From the NCBI RefSeq assembly GCF_009914755.1, contig NC_060932.1: 64,000 nucleotides of DNA; one strand, given 5' to 3'. Numbering within the stretch: the first letter of the stretch is position 1; each line of letters opens with the position of its first letter. The notes beneath the pieces were generated by a model. It saw only the letters and a program-made list of their open reading frames with translations, was not told the origin of the DNA and did no database searches. Positions 12,341 through 26,367 of this stretch are shown here, piece by piece. This stretch comes from the human T2T-CHM13v2.0 reference genome, Homo sapiens. The position numbers and the translations under genes are program-made.

Positions 12341-14717
12341 TAGGCATACCTTGGAGATACCGCAGTTTTGCTTCCAGAGCACGGCAATAAAGTAAACATC
12401 GTAATAAAGCAAGTCATACAGTTTTTGTTTCCCAGTGCATATAAAAGTTATGTTTACACTATATTGTACTCTATATTAAGTGTAAAATAGCATTATGTCT
12501 AAAAAACAATGTATTTACCTTAATTAAAAACACTTAATGCTAAAAAAGGCAAACAATCATGTGCGCCTTCTAAGATTTCTAATCTTTTCAGTTGTGGAGG
12601 GTCTTTCCTTAATGTCCATGCCTGCTGACTGATCCGGGTGGTGGTTGCTGAAAGTTGGGGAGGCGGTGGCAATTGCTCAAAATAAGATGACAATGAAGTT
12701 TGCCATGTGGATTGGCTATTCTTTTCATGAAAGATTTCTCTGTAGCATGTGATGCTGTTTGCTTGCATATTACCTACAATACAACTTCTTTCAAAATTGG
12801 AGCTAATCCTCTCAAACCCTGCTGCTGCTTTATAAACTAAGTTTCTTAAATATTTCAATGGCTTTGTTGACATTTCAACAATGTTTGCAGCATCTTTACC
12901 AGGAATAGATTGGATCTCAAGAAACCACTTTCTTTGCTCATACATAAGAAGCAGCTTCTTATTTCTTCAGATTTTATCATTAGACTGCAGCAATTCAGTC
13001 ACATCTTCAGGATCCACTTCCAATTCTAGTTTTCTTGCTATTTCTACCACATCTGCAGTCACCTCCTCCACTGAAGTTTTGAACCCCTCAAAGTCATTCA
13101 TGATGGTTGAAATAAACTTCAAATTCCTGTTAATGTGAATATTTTGACCTCCTCACATGAATCAAGACTGTTCTTAATGGCATCTAGAAAGGTGAATCTT
13201 TTCCAAAAAATTTTTAATTTACTTTGCTTAGATCCATCATAGGAATCACTGTCTATGCCATTTATAGCCTTACAAAATGTATTGCTTAAAGAACAAGACA
13301 AAAGTCAATATTACTTCTTGATCCGTGGACTGCAAATGGGTGTTGTGCTAAAGGGATGACAACAACCTTAACCTCCTTGTACCTCTCCATTAGAACTCTT
13401 AAGTGATCAGACACATTGTCAATAAGCAGTAATACTTTGAAAGGAATCTTTTTTTTTTTTCTGAGCAGTAGTTCTCAACAGTGGACCTAAAATATTCAGT
13501 AAACCATGCTGTAAACAGATGTGCTGTCACCCAGGCTCTGTTATTCTATTTACAGTATAGATTTCCCATCATTCTTAATGCCCTAGGACAGTTAAAATGG
13601 CATATGAGCATTGGATTCCACTTAAAGTCACTAGCTGCCTTAACCCCTAACAAGAGAGCCAACCTGTATTTTGAAGTTCTGAAGGCAGGCATTGACTTCT
13701 CTGTAGCTAGTCCTAGACAGCATCTTCTTCCAACAGAGGGCCGTCTCATCTACATCGAAAATCTGTTGTTTAGTGGAGCCATCTTCATCAGTAATCTTGG
13801 TTGGATCAGCACTTGCTGCGTCACCTTGCATTTTTATGGCATGGTTGTGGCTTCTTTCTTTAAATCTTGTAAACCAACCCCTGCTAGCTTCCAATTTTTC
13901 TTCTGCAGCCTTCTCAGCGGCCTTCATAGTACTGAAGAGAGTTAACTCCTTGCTCTGGATTATGCTTTGGCCTAAGGGAATGTTGTGGTGGGTTTGATCT
14001 TCTATCCAGACCACTCAAACTCTCTCCATATCAGCAATAAGACTGTTTTACATTCTTATCATTCATATGTTCACTGTAGTAGCACTTTTAATATCTTTCA
14101 ATAACTTTTCCTTTGCATTCACAACTTGGCTAACTGATGCAAGAAGCCTAACTTTTGGCCTATCTTGCTTTTCAGCATGCCTTCCTTCCTCACTAAGCCT
14201 AATCATTTCTAATTTTTCATTTAAAGTGACAGATATGCTACTCCTCTTTTCACTGGAACACTTAGAGGCCGTGGTAGGGTTATTAAATGGCCTAATTTCA
14301 ATATTGTTGTGTCTCACAGAATAAGGAGGCCTGAGGAGACAGAGAGAGATGGGGAACAGCTACTTGATGGAGAAGTTCAAATATACACAATAATTATCAA
14401 TTAAGTTGGCTGTCTTATACAGACATAGTCCATGGTGCTCACAACAATTACGATAGTAACATCAAAGATCACTGGTCACAAATAATCATAATAGCTATAA
14501 TAATAATAAAGTTTGAAATATTGCAGGAATTAACCAAAATGTGACAGTGACATAAAGTTAACACATGCTGTTAGAAAAAAAATGGTGTCAACAGATTTGC
14601 TCAAGACAGGGTTGCCACAAACTTTCCATTTGTAAAAAAAAAAAAAAATGCAATATTTGCCAAGTGCAATAAAGCGAAGCACAATAAATTAAGTGCAAAA
14701 AAAATGAGGTATGCCTG
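12341..14717 (-). mobile_element. Tigger1 (TcMar-Tigger) near full length
   Basis: TIRs (T)AGGCATACCT... and ...GAGGTATGCCTG; TA TSDs at 12339-12340 and 14718-14719; 2377 bp; transposase relic inside. Confidence 0.95.
12555..14272 (-). pseudogene. Disrupted Tigger1 transposase (TIGD1-like; CENP-B HTH + DDE)
   Basis: ORF pieces in shifting frames: [102 protein letters not shown]. Start position reads ACG; multiple frameshifts and stops. Confidence 0.9.
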
Positions 14718-14789
14718 TACTTAGTTTTAAAACCAATAGGTAGTCCTATATATATTCCTATGGAAAAATATTTCTAGTAAAATACTCCA

Positions 14790-15088
14790 TGATATAAACT
14801 GAAGACAGAGTAATACATAATGAGTATCTCTCCTATATATAGTTCAAAAATAAGCAAAGCTAATCAATGATTCATGTTAGAAGTTAATGTAGAAGTTATC
14901 TTTGCAGTGGGCAGTGATTGGCAGGGAGCATAAGGAAGGCTTCTAATGTTATGTGAATGTTCTAATTCTGGATGTGTGTGCTGATTTAAAAAGGCATGTT
15001 ACATTTGTAAAAATGCATCAAGCTGTGGCCTTGTGATCTGTGTGTTTTTTGTGTGTATGCCATATATTGGTCAATAAATTTTTTTTAA
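14790..15088 (+). mobile_element. L1ME-type 3' end
   Basis: GTTAGAAGTTAATGTAGAAGTTATCTTTG...GGAAGGCTTCT...CATTTGTAAAAATGCATCAAGCTGT...TCAATAAA. Confidence 0.7.
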
Positions 15089-15644
15089 TTCTTTAAGCAA
15101 AAGAGAGTACTGACTAGAAATCCTTTCAGTCTGTTATTTAAACAAGTAACGTGACTTCTTAGCAAAAGGAATAAAAAAAAAGCAGTAGGGCAATAAGATA
15201 TTTATGGAAAGCATGTATTCTTGAAGACTTCATATTATTTAAGACTTACTTTATCTAAGACTAATATCGCAAAGAAAAAAGTAAAATAAGCATTTGTATT
15301 ATTTTTTGAAAATTTGATTCATAAAATTTTATTACTGCTTTATACTGAATTATTTTGAACTAGCAAAATTTGAACTAACATAAAATGTATGAACTTTATA
15401 ATTATTAAAATGTCAACAGTAGCCAGAAAAGATTGTGTTTTACTCTCTCTTTGGAGGCATTCTAGTTATCCATGCTATTTAACAGAATATTTGGCAAACG
15501 TGTTGACTTTTGAAAGGTGGTCACACACTAATATTTATAAGAGTTTATAAGACAGAAAAGAGAACACAGGATACTAAACCCAATATGAAGTTAATACTTT
15601 GCAATTCAGCTAAATGTTCTTCCATGTAAGAATCAACAGAAAGA

Positions 15645-15880
15645 ATAGCTAAATTTTACCAAGTTTTTATTATGTGCTCAGTCACTTGTCTAAGGAGTTT
15701 ACCCATATTTTTGCTTTTAATTCTCACATTGAATCTACGAGAAGTATCTCCCCTATTTTTGAGATAACGAAACGGAGGCGTGGAGAAACTAAGAAACTTG
15801 GCCAAGAACACTAGCCCAAAGAGGAGCAAGATTTGAACCAAAGCACCCTGCATCTAGAGGGAGTGAGCATAATTTACATT
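15645..15880 (-). mobile_element. MIR
   Basis: TATTATGTGCTCAGTCAC...TTTAATTCTCACA...CCCTATTTTTGAGATAACGAAACGGAGGC...AACTTGGCCAAG...GATTTGAACC. Confidence 0.75.
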
Positions 15881-18585
15881 GGTCTGCCACCAGGTAGGAA
15901 ATTCTGGGTGTGCATCCCAACTTCCCCAGCAAATCACTAAAAAACATATTTCTACTGGACAAATACAAATTCCCAAGGAGGAGAATGCAAAATTTTCATC
16001 ATTTTATAAAATAAAAAACCATGAAACAATTTCAAGCCTTCTAGTTGGCTGCTTTTTGGTGTCTCTAGATTTCCCCAGCTGATATTTCAGTGGAAAATTT
16101 TAGGGAGCTCTATATGAAAGTGTTCTTCTTAATAAAGCAGTTAAGTGAAGGCAGAAATAAATAAAATGTGACTTAGTCACGTGGAAGATAGCAGATAACT
16201 AAAGAGATGGTATGTCAAGCAGAGTTATGCCTTCAATTGAAAAGAAATTCTATTTTACCTATGAGTTCAATTTACATTTTCTAATTTGCCTTCAGTATTT
16301 GAAATTCTATGCCATGCAGAAACAAGAAATGCATGATTTAAAAATTGATGAACTTGAGGTGAGACGGAACTCTCTAAGGAAGTCTTTCTCATTTAGTTGT
16401 AAAAATATTTCTCCTGAGGTCTAAGTTAACCTGCCCGATGTTAAATCACTTAACCAATCAACAAACAACACAGTGAGTGAATTTACAACGTTGTTGCCCC
16501 TATAAAGTTGCTGTAGAGGTTTTCTAATTCTTTGCCCCAAGGAACAAAACAATAATAAATATCATGTTCCAAACATGAATCAATTGAGCAGTGTGAAAAA
16601 AATCTCAATCCCTTTTTTTTCCTCCTAGCATGTAGACAAACTAGCTGGGTTAGTTACTGATAACGATTTTTCACTTTTCAACTGATTATTTCAGCTTTGC
16701 ATAGACAGTGACTATAACTAATTATATTGCTACTTGATATCCCCTGGGTTTCTTACACCAACTCCTCGAACCACAGTATTTTCTCTGGTAGGCTCATTTG
16801 TCTGTTAGCAAAAAAGCAATGTGGTCATTTTCTTTCCACTGCTACTGTTAATTACTGCTCTCTCTTTTCAGATCTACCAGCTGCTGCCACTACAATGAAT
16901 AAACAAATCAATTTTATAGGATACTTAAGAGAGAATTTAGCAAGATGTCCTCAGAATGCAGAGGCGGCAAACTGAGCAAAGATATCCCCTTGCCTAATTC
17001 AAGTATGCAGTTCAAATATTTAGAAACAAAGTTCGGGGCCAATAGTCATTCATTAAGACATATCAACTAAAGAATTAATTTAAAAATCTGAAGGGAAGTA
17101 TGGATTTTTAATTCTGAATTCTGCTTATCCTGTACATACATAATAATGAAAATACTACTTAAAAATAAGAAAAATCATAAAGTATACTGCTCATCATGAT
17201 GTGGAACAATTTGGATATTGGAAAAGATTTCAGTGTTATTTTACATTTTCTGATATTTCATGAATATGTTTAGCAGGACATTTACGAATATTACATATAA
17301 TTAACAATATTAGTAAATAAAATATTAGTAAAAATGATGCATTTAATTTAGTCAAGTTATCTTAAAAACTCACACTTCACAAATTGAGTTCTTGATCTAA
17401 TTGAAATAATGGGGACATTATTATGAAATATATATGCAGCGGTGCAATTTTAAGCAGATTTTGTGTGCTTAAAATATTTTAAAGTGATAATAATTTAATT
17501 TGTTTTCTGTGTTGCTAATTATTAAAAAGAACTTTACTAATTTTTTATTATTATTTTTATTATTATTATTAACTAATTATTAAAAAGAACTTTTTTCCAT
17601 ACCAGAAAGGATATACAAAAGGCTATATTTGGTTGTATTCTAAAGAATCTTCTCAAAATAAAACTTGTTAAAAAGTCACTGAACACTTCCTTAAAAATAA
17701 GTTGGAGTTCTTAACATAAACTTGTTCTCCTCCAGTCTTCATAATAAAACTGAGCTGCAGGTATTATCCTTCCCTTATTTAGTGACAAAGAAACTGAAAG
17801 GCTTAGAATTCTAAAATGAGAGTTCCATGGTTAGAATCTGGCTATGGCTTTCCTTCTCCACCGTGCATAAAGAGAACACATATCTGTGGCACATAAACTG
17901 CCATGGCCTTTTCCAGAATGTGTGACAGACATTGCTAAGCAATTTCAATACTTTTGTGCTCAGAGCTTCCACGTGGTCCCAGAATCCTTTTCCACCCAGC
18001 ACTTCAAAAGCCATTACCAATCCACTGGCATTGGCCCGCAACTTAAAACCCATTTTCCCTCCCTGGACCTTGCATTTTCCACTAGAGCAGTATGACTTTT
18101 GAGAAATGATTAAAGAGTGGCTACTTCCCAGATGCTCTGAAGTTTAAAATATAAAAACCCAGATCATCATGTAGCTGATTAATGTTTTCAAAGTCTTCTG
18201 TGAGTGGATTTTAAATAGATTCTGCTCAGTGCATCAACTACTCTCTGAAAGCATATTTTCCTCTTTGGAAAGCTGCTTTGGGATAGTTCATTAACATGGC
18301 ATAAAAAAAACTGGTAATTTTGCATATGAAAGAAGAGTCCTTTAATACATTTAAATGCTCTGAAGTAATGTGGACTCTCAGGGTAGCTGGTGATATGTCA
18401 GTATATGGAACCAAGGAACTGAAAAATATATTGGAGCAGGATAGTTCAACTTATTTTGAGGCTTCAAGCAGGATGAGATTAGGAAACAAACAGTGCTGAA
18501 GGAAAAGCCCCTCAGCTTGAGCAGATTTGTAGAGGTGACTGAAGTCCTGATCATATTCCATCTGTGACATATTTGCTACATCTTT

Positions 18586-18895
18586 AGTTTTATTTATTTA
18601 TTTATTTTGAGACCGAGTTTTGCTCTTGTCGCCCAGACTGGAGCATGGTAGGGCTGCGGTCTTGGCTCACTGCAACTTCTGCCTCCCAGGTTCAAGCGAT
18701 TCTCCTGCCTCAGCCTCCTGAGTAGCTGGAACTACAGGCGTGCATCACCAAACCCGGCTAATTTTCTGTGTTTTTAGTAGAGATGGGGTTTCCCGATGTT
18801 GGCTAGGTTGGTCTTGAACTCCTGACCTCAGGTGATCTGCCTGCCTTGGCCTCCCAAAGTGCTGGGATTACAGGTGTAAGCCACCACGCCCGGCC
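18586..18895 (-). mobile_element. AluSp/Sq-like
   Basis: GAGTTTTGCTCTTGTCGCCC head, (TTTA)n tail, TSD ACATCTTT. Confidence 0.93.
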
Positions 18896-18939
18896 ACATC
18901 TTTGTTACTTATAGGTGCCAGAGACTGTGGAATAGGCCA

Positions 18940-19462
18940 TGTTACAGGGAAGGGGTCCCCCGATCAAGACCCCAAGAGAGGGTTCTTGGATCTCGTGCAA
19001 GAAAGAACTCAGGGCAAGTCCACAGTGCAAAGCAAAAGCAAATTTATTAAGAAAGTAAGGTGGTGAAAGGACAGCTACTCCATAGACAGAGTAGGATGTT
19101 CCTGAAAGTAAGAGGAGGAACGCATCCACCCTAGGCACCATGCTTGTATGTATGGGGAGATGTGTTCTGCTACATGGGTTTGTGATAAAGGATTAATTTT
19201 CTTAATTACTATATTTTACAAGAATCGATATTATTATCTTTAAAGGAAAATTAGGAGTACCTTTGTTCTCCAGATATCAGGATATCTGGACACTCCCAAG
19301 TCTGGGTCTGTTTAGCAAACATTATTAATTTGTTCCGTTAACTGTAAACATCTAGAAGCTAGGAATGCCTCACTTTCTGAGAATGCCGCCTAGCAGCTCT
19401 CAATCTCATTATTTCTAGCCCTCTCTCAAAATGGAGTTGCTCAGGTTCGAATGCCTCTTACA
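18940..19462 (-). mobile_element. MER41-family solo LTR (C/D/E-like, ERV1)
   Basis: Plus strand starts TGTTACAGGGAAGGGGTCCC..GACCCCAAGAGAGGGTTCTTGGATCTC; minus strand starts TGTAAGAGGCATTCGAACCTGAGCAACTCCATTTTG. TG..CA ends; flanks GCCA / GCTG. Confidence 0.85.
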
Positions 19463-21855
19463 GCTGTGGCAGTGGGGGCAGGAGAAATCAGGTACTAGCA
19501 CTGCCTAGTGGAACTCTCTCCATGATAGGGGTTATGATTACATTCAAGTATTTGAATGCTTTATTACTTTCACTGAAGGATTGTCAGTTTTCAAAAGGCT
19601 TTATGGTGACACAATTATGTTTCAATGCTTATCCTGCTATCCTGCTTAATCTAATGTAATGTATAAACTGTTTTCACATTTTTATTTCTTTTTCTGGGCT
19701 TCTCAGATACGTACTCCCTACTTTTGTCACATTGATAGTTGAAGGGCATCAAAAGAGGGAGGCTAAAAGATGTCTTCATGTATGTGACTACATATTCCAT
19801 TCTTAACCCTTGTCCAGTTAAGCTTGATGATTCCAGTGAGTTTTTTGAAAAAATTAAAAGAAATATATAGGCAATAGAGAAAAATAAAATTTTGAGTTAC
19901 ATCCTTTTAACTTTTTTTCTTTGCATCCTCTGATTGCTCTCTTTATGAGCTGTGAAACTTCGTGGGTGCCCTCAGTTGTCCAAATGAAAAGTCAGGTGTG
20001 TGTGAATCACAGATACTTTGCCTGAACAAAATGTGTTACAAGGTATTTAATTGTCTTCTTTGCGTTCACATAATTAAAAAATCTGGGAAGTTAAACAAAC
20101 CCTTTTACCAATTCTATGGGTTGTATAGTGAAGGTTCTTGGTGTGATTTAATATTGGGGTACTGTTAATTGGTTGGTTGTTTCCTCTTTCCAATCTTTGA
20201 GGAAATGTGAAGTTTATGTGATTTTTCTCTCTTTTAAAAAATTCTTAACATACATAATGATAGGGCAAGAAATGTGAAGGCAACAGGATAAAAAGAGACA
20301 AGCATAAATGCTGTGCAATGGTTAGGCAGCATGAAACATCTAGAATTTCTGACAATCTTAACAGTTGTCTTTGTGACTAGGATGTTCATAGAGCCCATCT
20401 TTGATTTAACAAAAATTTAAAATATTTTCAAATGATGATTTTTATGCTAGAAAAGAAAAAATGGTCTCCTCAACTGCCCATGACATCATAAAGCTTGAGC
20501 TTTCCTCAAACCTTCAGGAAATGATCTTGTGAGGCGATGCCAGTGTTCTACCCAGGAGAGATTAAGTTCCTAATGATACTATTTCAGCTATTTTGAGAAC
20601 AGGGAAAACGATATACTCCAGTACAAATGTGTATATTTGTTTGATGTCTGATATCCTTTGCCATTACTAGTTTTCTCTTTCTTCCTAGGCCTACTTCTGT
20701 GACTCTAGGTACCAGAGAAATAAATGTGCTTTCTTCAAAGGCAAATCATGCAAGTCCTTTTTAAACTGTGACCCTTTCGTAGGGGTCAGTCTGTGTTTTT
20801 CCACATTCAAATAACCTAACAGTTTTCTAATTAGCACTTTCCACTCAAAGCATAGCACACTCTTCAAACTGGCAAATATTTTTGGCTTCTTTGTCAAACA
20901 TAAAACTGCAAATATTTGGAGCTCTTTTTTTTCTTTAATTTGAGCAATAAGACTATTTGTCCAGAAAATGCACATTGTTTTACAGGGGCTTAGACACCCA
21001 CCTGTGCACAAAAGTATGGATAAGTGTCAGATACAAAGAAACAATATGATTAAACTCATGCCTGCACTCGTTAGTTCATAACTGCACACACTGTCTCATC
21101 TCTTTTACAAAAGTAAATCAGGAATTGGTAACAAACCATTAGATAATCAGAGAAATGTAACTCTCTTGAACACGCTTGTTATCTATATAATACGGGCCAA
21201 CTAAGTACTTTATAATCCCAGAAATCAATGCATACTGGATTTCAGTTTGACCCTAAATAAATTTCCATGATCTCCAGGAAGAGCACAAAGGTCTTCCGTT
21301 TATGAAGCCCCTGCTCCACGTCAGTCGCTGCTCTCAATTATTTTGCCCTCATTTCATGGCATTCTAACCACAGCCATAGGACATACATACTGTTATCCTT
21401 TTATTCTTAATGAGGAAGAGGAAAACCACATAGGTGCACACATCTGGATGTGACCCTAGTTTGTCTAATTCCAAAGCCTACTCTTGACTAGATCACCTGG
21501 TTTGGAGGGTGGGGGAAACTGCTCTAATTTATCTGATGTGGTCACTCTTCTAAATATACTGACTTAATCAATGGAGGTTAATTTCAGCTTATGTTCAGAA
21601 ATGACAGCTACTGAGACTTGCTGTTAATATTTCCATTTAAACATCAAGCATACTTTGATCTAAAATAGTCTAAAATATCTGTATATGAGTAAAATATACC
21701 GGACACTAAGTGTATAATATCTCCCTGGGCAGACATGACAAGAAACAACAAATCTAAAATTGTTGACCAGTAACTTAATTCCAAGTCATTAATTCAAAGG
21801 AAGATTTATTCAAAAAAAGAAAAAAGTTTAAGAAGACATAAACTATAAGTTTTTT

Positions 21856-21922
21856 CCCTCTTCTGCCTCCTCCCTCTCCCCCCTCCTCCTCCTCTTCCTA
21901 CTCCTTCTCCTCTTCTTCTTTT
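21856..21922. repeat. CT-rich low-complexity (CCT/TCT)n tract
   Basis: CCCTCTTCTGCCTCCTCCCTCTCCCCCTCCTCCTCCTCTTCC... Confidence 0.8.
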
Positions 21923-22054
21923 GTAATGTCAAGGGTGGGAAAAGAGACAAACGATTTAGCAACAAAAAATTGATCAGGAAAGTACATCTACACTGACTTA
22001 CTGAAGATGTAAAGACTTTAAAAATATAAGGTACTGTTTAAAATATGTATCTGG

Positions 22055-22410
<356 letters not shown>

Positions 22411-23677
22411 TTACCTTGAAACAATAAAAGCAAAAGCAATATTACAATGCTAAAGAGGTGGGTTTTTTTGTTCTTTTAACATTTTCATTTTAAGTGTTGT
22501 CAAAAATTTTAAAAAGCATTGTTTAAAAAGCAGTTATTGATATCTAGCCTTCCATATTCCACATACCATGTGCAAAATTTAGTACCATTTTGCATGTTCT
22601 TACAATGCGCATTTATTCCATGTAGTCTTGAATATGTAACATACAAAACACAGGAGAATTGGAGGCAATATCTTTTTTATACCATATTCTATCTTGGAGG
22701 ATGCACTAATCAAAAAAAACTGCAAGAGATTTCTATAGTTACATCACTTGCTCACTTACCAACATGATCCACCTCTCAGACTTAGAGGACAAAACATACA
22801 TATTAAAATAAATACATTCTCTATTATTTCAAAAACTTTTATATCTAATACCTAAATCAAACTATTTTTTAAAAGCTATTTTAAGTGAGGCTTTTCCCTT
22901 GTTCCTTCAAATAAATAAACTATTAAAATATTTTGCTTATAATCAGATGCACACAATTCCAAGAAGCTCACTAAAATATCCCAAAAGTAAGGATCCACCT
23001 GAATTCGTTATAAAAAGATGTTAATTTTCCTAAGGGAATCTAAAACACAGTCTTCCCTAAATTCTTCCTCAGCTTTCTTTTCCATCAGAATTAGGTCTAA
23101 AAACATAGAATTTTGCAGCTGGCCCTCGTTGTTGCACTCAAATGTGGCAAATTTGTACATATTCCTTCACTGTAGCTCATGGAATTGTATCTTCCATGCA
23201 GCCTAATCTTTTCCTCTTACTTTTCTCTACTATTTTGGTAATCATTGATCCTCTAACACATCTCAGTAACCACACGGATTGAAAAATTTTCCCTGAGCTC
23301 ATACCAAGTTTTCTGAAACCTCAAGAAAACCCATTCTTTAATATTTCACAAAAGTCAGTCCTGGGCACCTAGTCAGAGCCTAAAGCCTCTATAATAGCTT
23401 CTAGAAATCATTTTTAGGGTTTTCTCCAACTCTAGGATAGCAATCTCTCCATTTAATCTGATATCTGAAGAGAGGTCTTCAACCTTTACTTTTTCTGAGA
23501 TGTTCTGAAATTAAAAAGCCTATTAGTTGAGATAAACTCTCTGGGGGAGATTATGTCTTTCTAAGGCCTGTTTAAAATTGTCTACTGAGCCTTATACTCA
23601 AAGGTTCACTGCCTGACTAAGGGTTCAGGCACAGGTATTGAGAAGTCTCATGATGGCCCCCTTCTCTAATTTCCTGT

Positions 23678-23704
23678 TTGTGTGTGTGTGTTTGTGTGTG
23701 TGTG
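23678..23704. repeat. Interrupted (TG)n microsatellite
   Basis: TTGTGTGTGTGTGTTTGTGTGTGTGTG. Confidence 0.85.
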
Positions 23705-24089
23705 TTTTAATCTATTCACCTTGTCTCAGCTTACTTAAGAATTTGTCCTTCTACATCATAAAAATTACTTGTATCTTCAATGATTCTGCTTAAAATCACC
23801 TCCATAAAAAAATCGAAGTAAGTAGAGTTTGATGACAGTGACCCACAAATACCTCTGCCATACCTCCTCTCATCATTTAGACAGTTCAAGAACTCAAGTA
23901 AAAAAGCTTCAATCTGTGGTTTCTTATTTAATATCCCCTAATTAGTTGGTATTACTACTGTCTGTAACTGATTGTATCAGTTAATTCCACCACAATACAT
24001 GTAAAACTATGGTCATATTTTGAAGCCTTATTTGGGCCGGCAAACTTTGCCCAGCTGATCACTCTTAATGGGATTTTGCATATTTTTTA

Positions 24090-24775
<686 letters not shown>

Positions 24776-26076
24776 CGAAAGTCCATTGACAATTATGTAG
24801 TACTTCAGGAAAATAAAAATTTAAAAAAAAGTCCAGTGGATGTAGATAAATTTAATTAAATTAACTAATCATCAATCTGGATTTTTTTCTTTCATAGCTT
24901 ACCTGTTCCCTGAAAATAAACACATATTCTTGTTTAATCTCATGGATCATAGTATAGTATCATTCTTTTCTCAGAAGTGGAAAAATCTGTCCATAAGTAT
25001 GATTGTGACTTTACACGAAGATCATCTAATTAAGCCTTTGTTGATGCTAACTGGCTCATACCAGGATAGAAGTCACAGTAGCGTGGGAGAGGAATGAATT
25101 ACCCAGCCAAAAAAAGCAGAGTGACCAGGACAAGTTTTTGAGACAAGTAAGCTTAAGATCACAATGAATGCATGGTAGGAGCAGTATATCTTTATAATTT
25201 AAATGTTGTGTTGACTGTCTTCATTTTTCTGTCAGCCAGAGCGGACATTCTAGTATATAAGAAAACCTTGTAGAAAGTTGAGATTCTACGTGACATTTAG
25301 AGTAGAATAACAATGTTTTTCCAGATAATAATGCTCAATGTCTTGTTTCCTCTGATGCCCCTTTAGACCAGTGTATGGGCACCATACTAGGGACCTGTAG
25401 GTATCCTATAATGGTGGTCTTGTCCTATATTTACATTGTTTCATTGTCAATATTGTTAAACTTGATGTGCTATGAAGATATTTTGTGACTTTAACATCAG
25501 ATTAACTGATATATCTTAATACCATTACAGTTTTAGAGATCAAAAGATAGAAAAAATTCATATAATCAATAGCACATGATTTTATAGTGAACAAGAAATA
25601 CAGTGTATAGAGCTACCTGAAGTTCTGTTTAGCTCACATTATGAATAGGAGGAGTGTAGTCAGGAGCCATAGCAGACTAGGTAGAAGCACAAAATCAACT
25701 CCTTTCTATTCTTTCCACTAGCAGTTCAGAAAGCCATCTTTCTCTGGGTGATGGTCAGTATGTGCCTGCTGCTGGACCACACTGACCTTCATTCACATAC
25801 TTCTCCCTGATGGTCAGATGCCCAACAGAGAATGCAAAGTCTGATCTTCCAAGAAGAGCATTTACTTAGCATGGTCCAGAGTAGGAGCAGGTGATCCCCA
25901 TGTCTTGGATGACTGGGATGTAGATGAAATGTTCCCACTGGGTCAGGCTCTAGTTGAAGGATTTCTGGTCCTTCTTTATCCCAGGATAATTGACATATGG
26001 AGTGGCCATGAGGTGGAGGTGGCAAAGAATAGAACTTCATTTTATTATAATTGGAAATATTTTGATTTATGTCTAA

Positions 26077-26367
26077 TTTTTTTTGGCAGGGGGAACGGAG
26101 TTTCGCTCTTGTCACCCAGGCTGGAGGCGCAATCTCGGCTCACTGCAACCTCTGCCTCCCAGGTTCAAGCATGTCTCCTGCCTCAGCTTTCTGAGTTGCT
26201 GGGATTACAGGCACACACCACCATGCCCAGTTAATTTTTGTATTTTTAGTAGAAATGGGGTTTCACCATGTTGGCCAGGCTGATCTCAAACTCCTGACCT
26301 CAGGTGATCCACCTGCCTCGGCCTCCCAAAGTGCTGGAATTACAGACATGAGCCACTGTGCCCAGCC
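26077..26367 (-). mobile_element. AluSq/Sp-like
   Basis: GGAGTTTCGCTCTTGTCACCCAGG...CCACTGTGCCCAGCC. Confidence 0.92.

Noticed and set aside
12881-14324. Plus-strand ORFs of 154, 85, 85 and 74 aa
   Set aside because: Antisense shadows of the Tigger1 transposase relic.
19498-19511. GCACTGCCTAGTGG, a CTCF-like motif
   Set aside because: Three mismatches in the core; not supportable without ChIP data.
25640-26040. GC-balanced stretch with 108/109-aa ORFs, suggesting a processed pseudogene
   Set aside because: No cellular protein recognised; YSLPPPPHGHS weakly resembles the L2 endonuclease YRPPGHS motif, so an L2 relic is more likely; both ORFs overlap an Alu.
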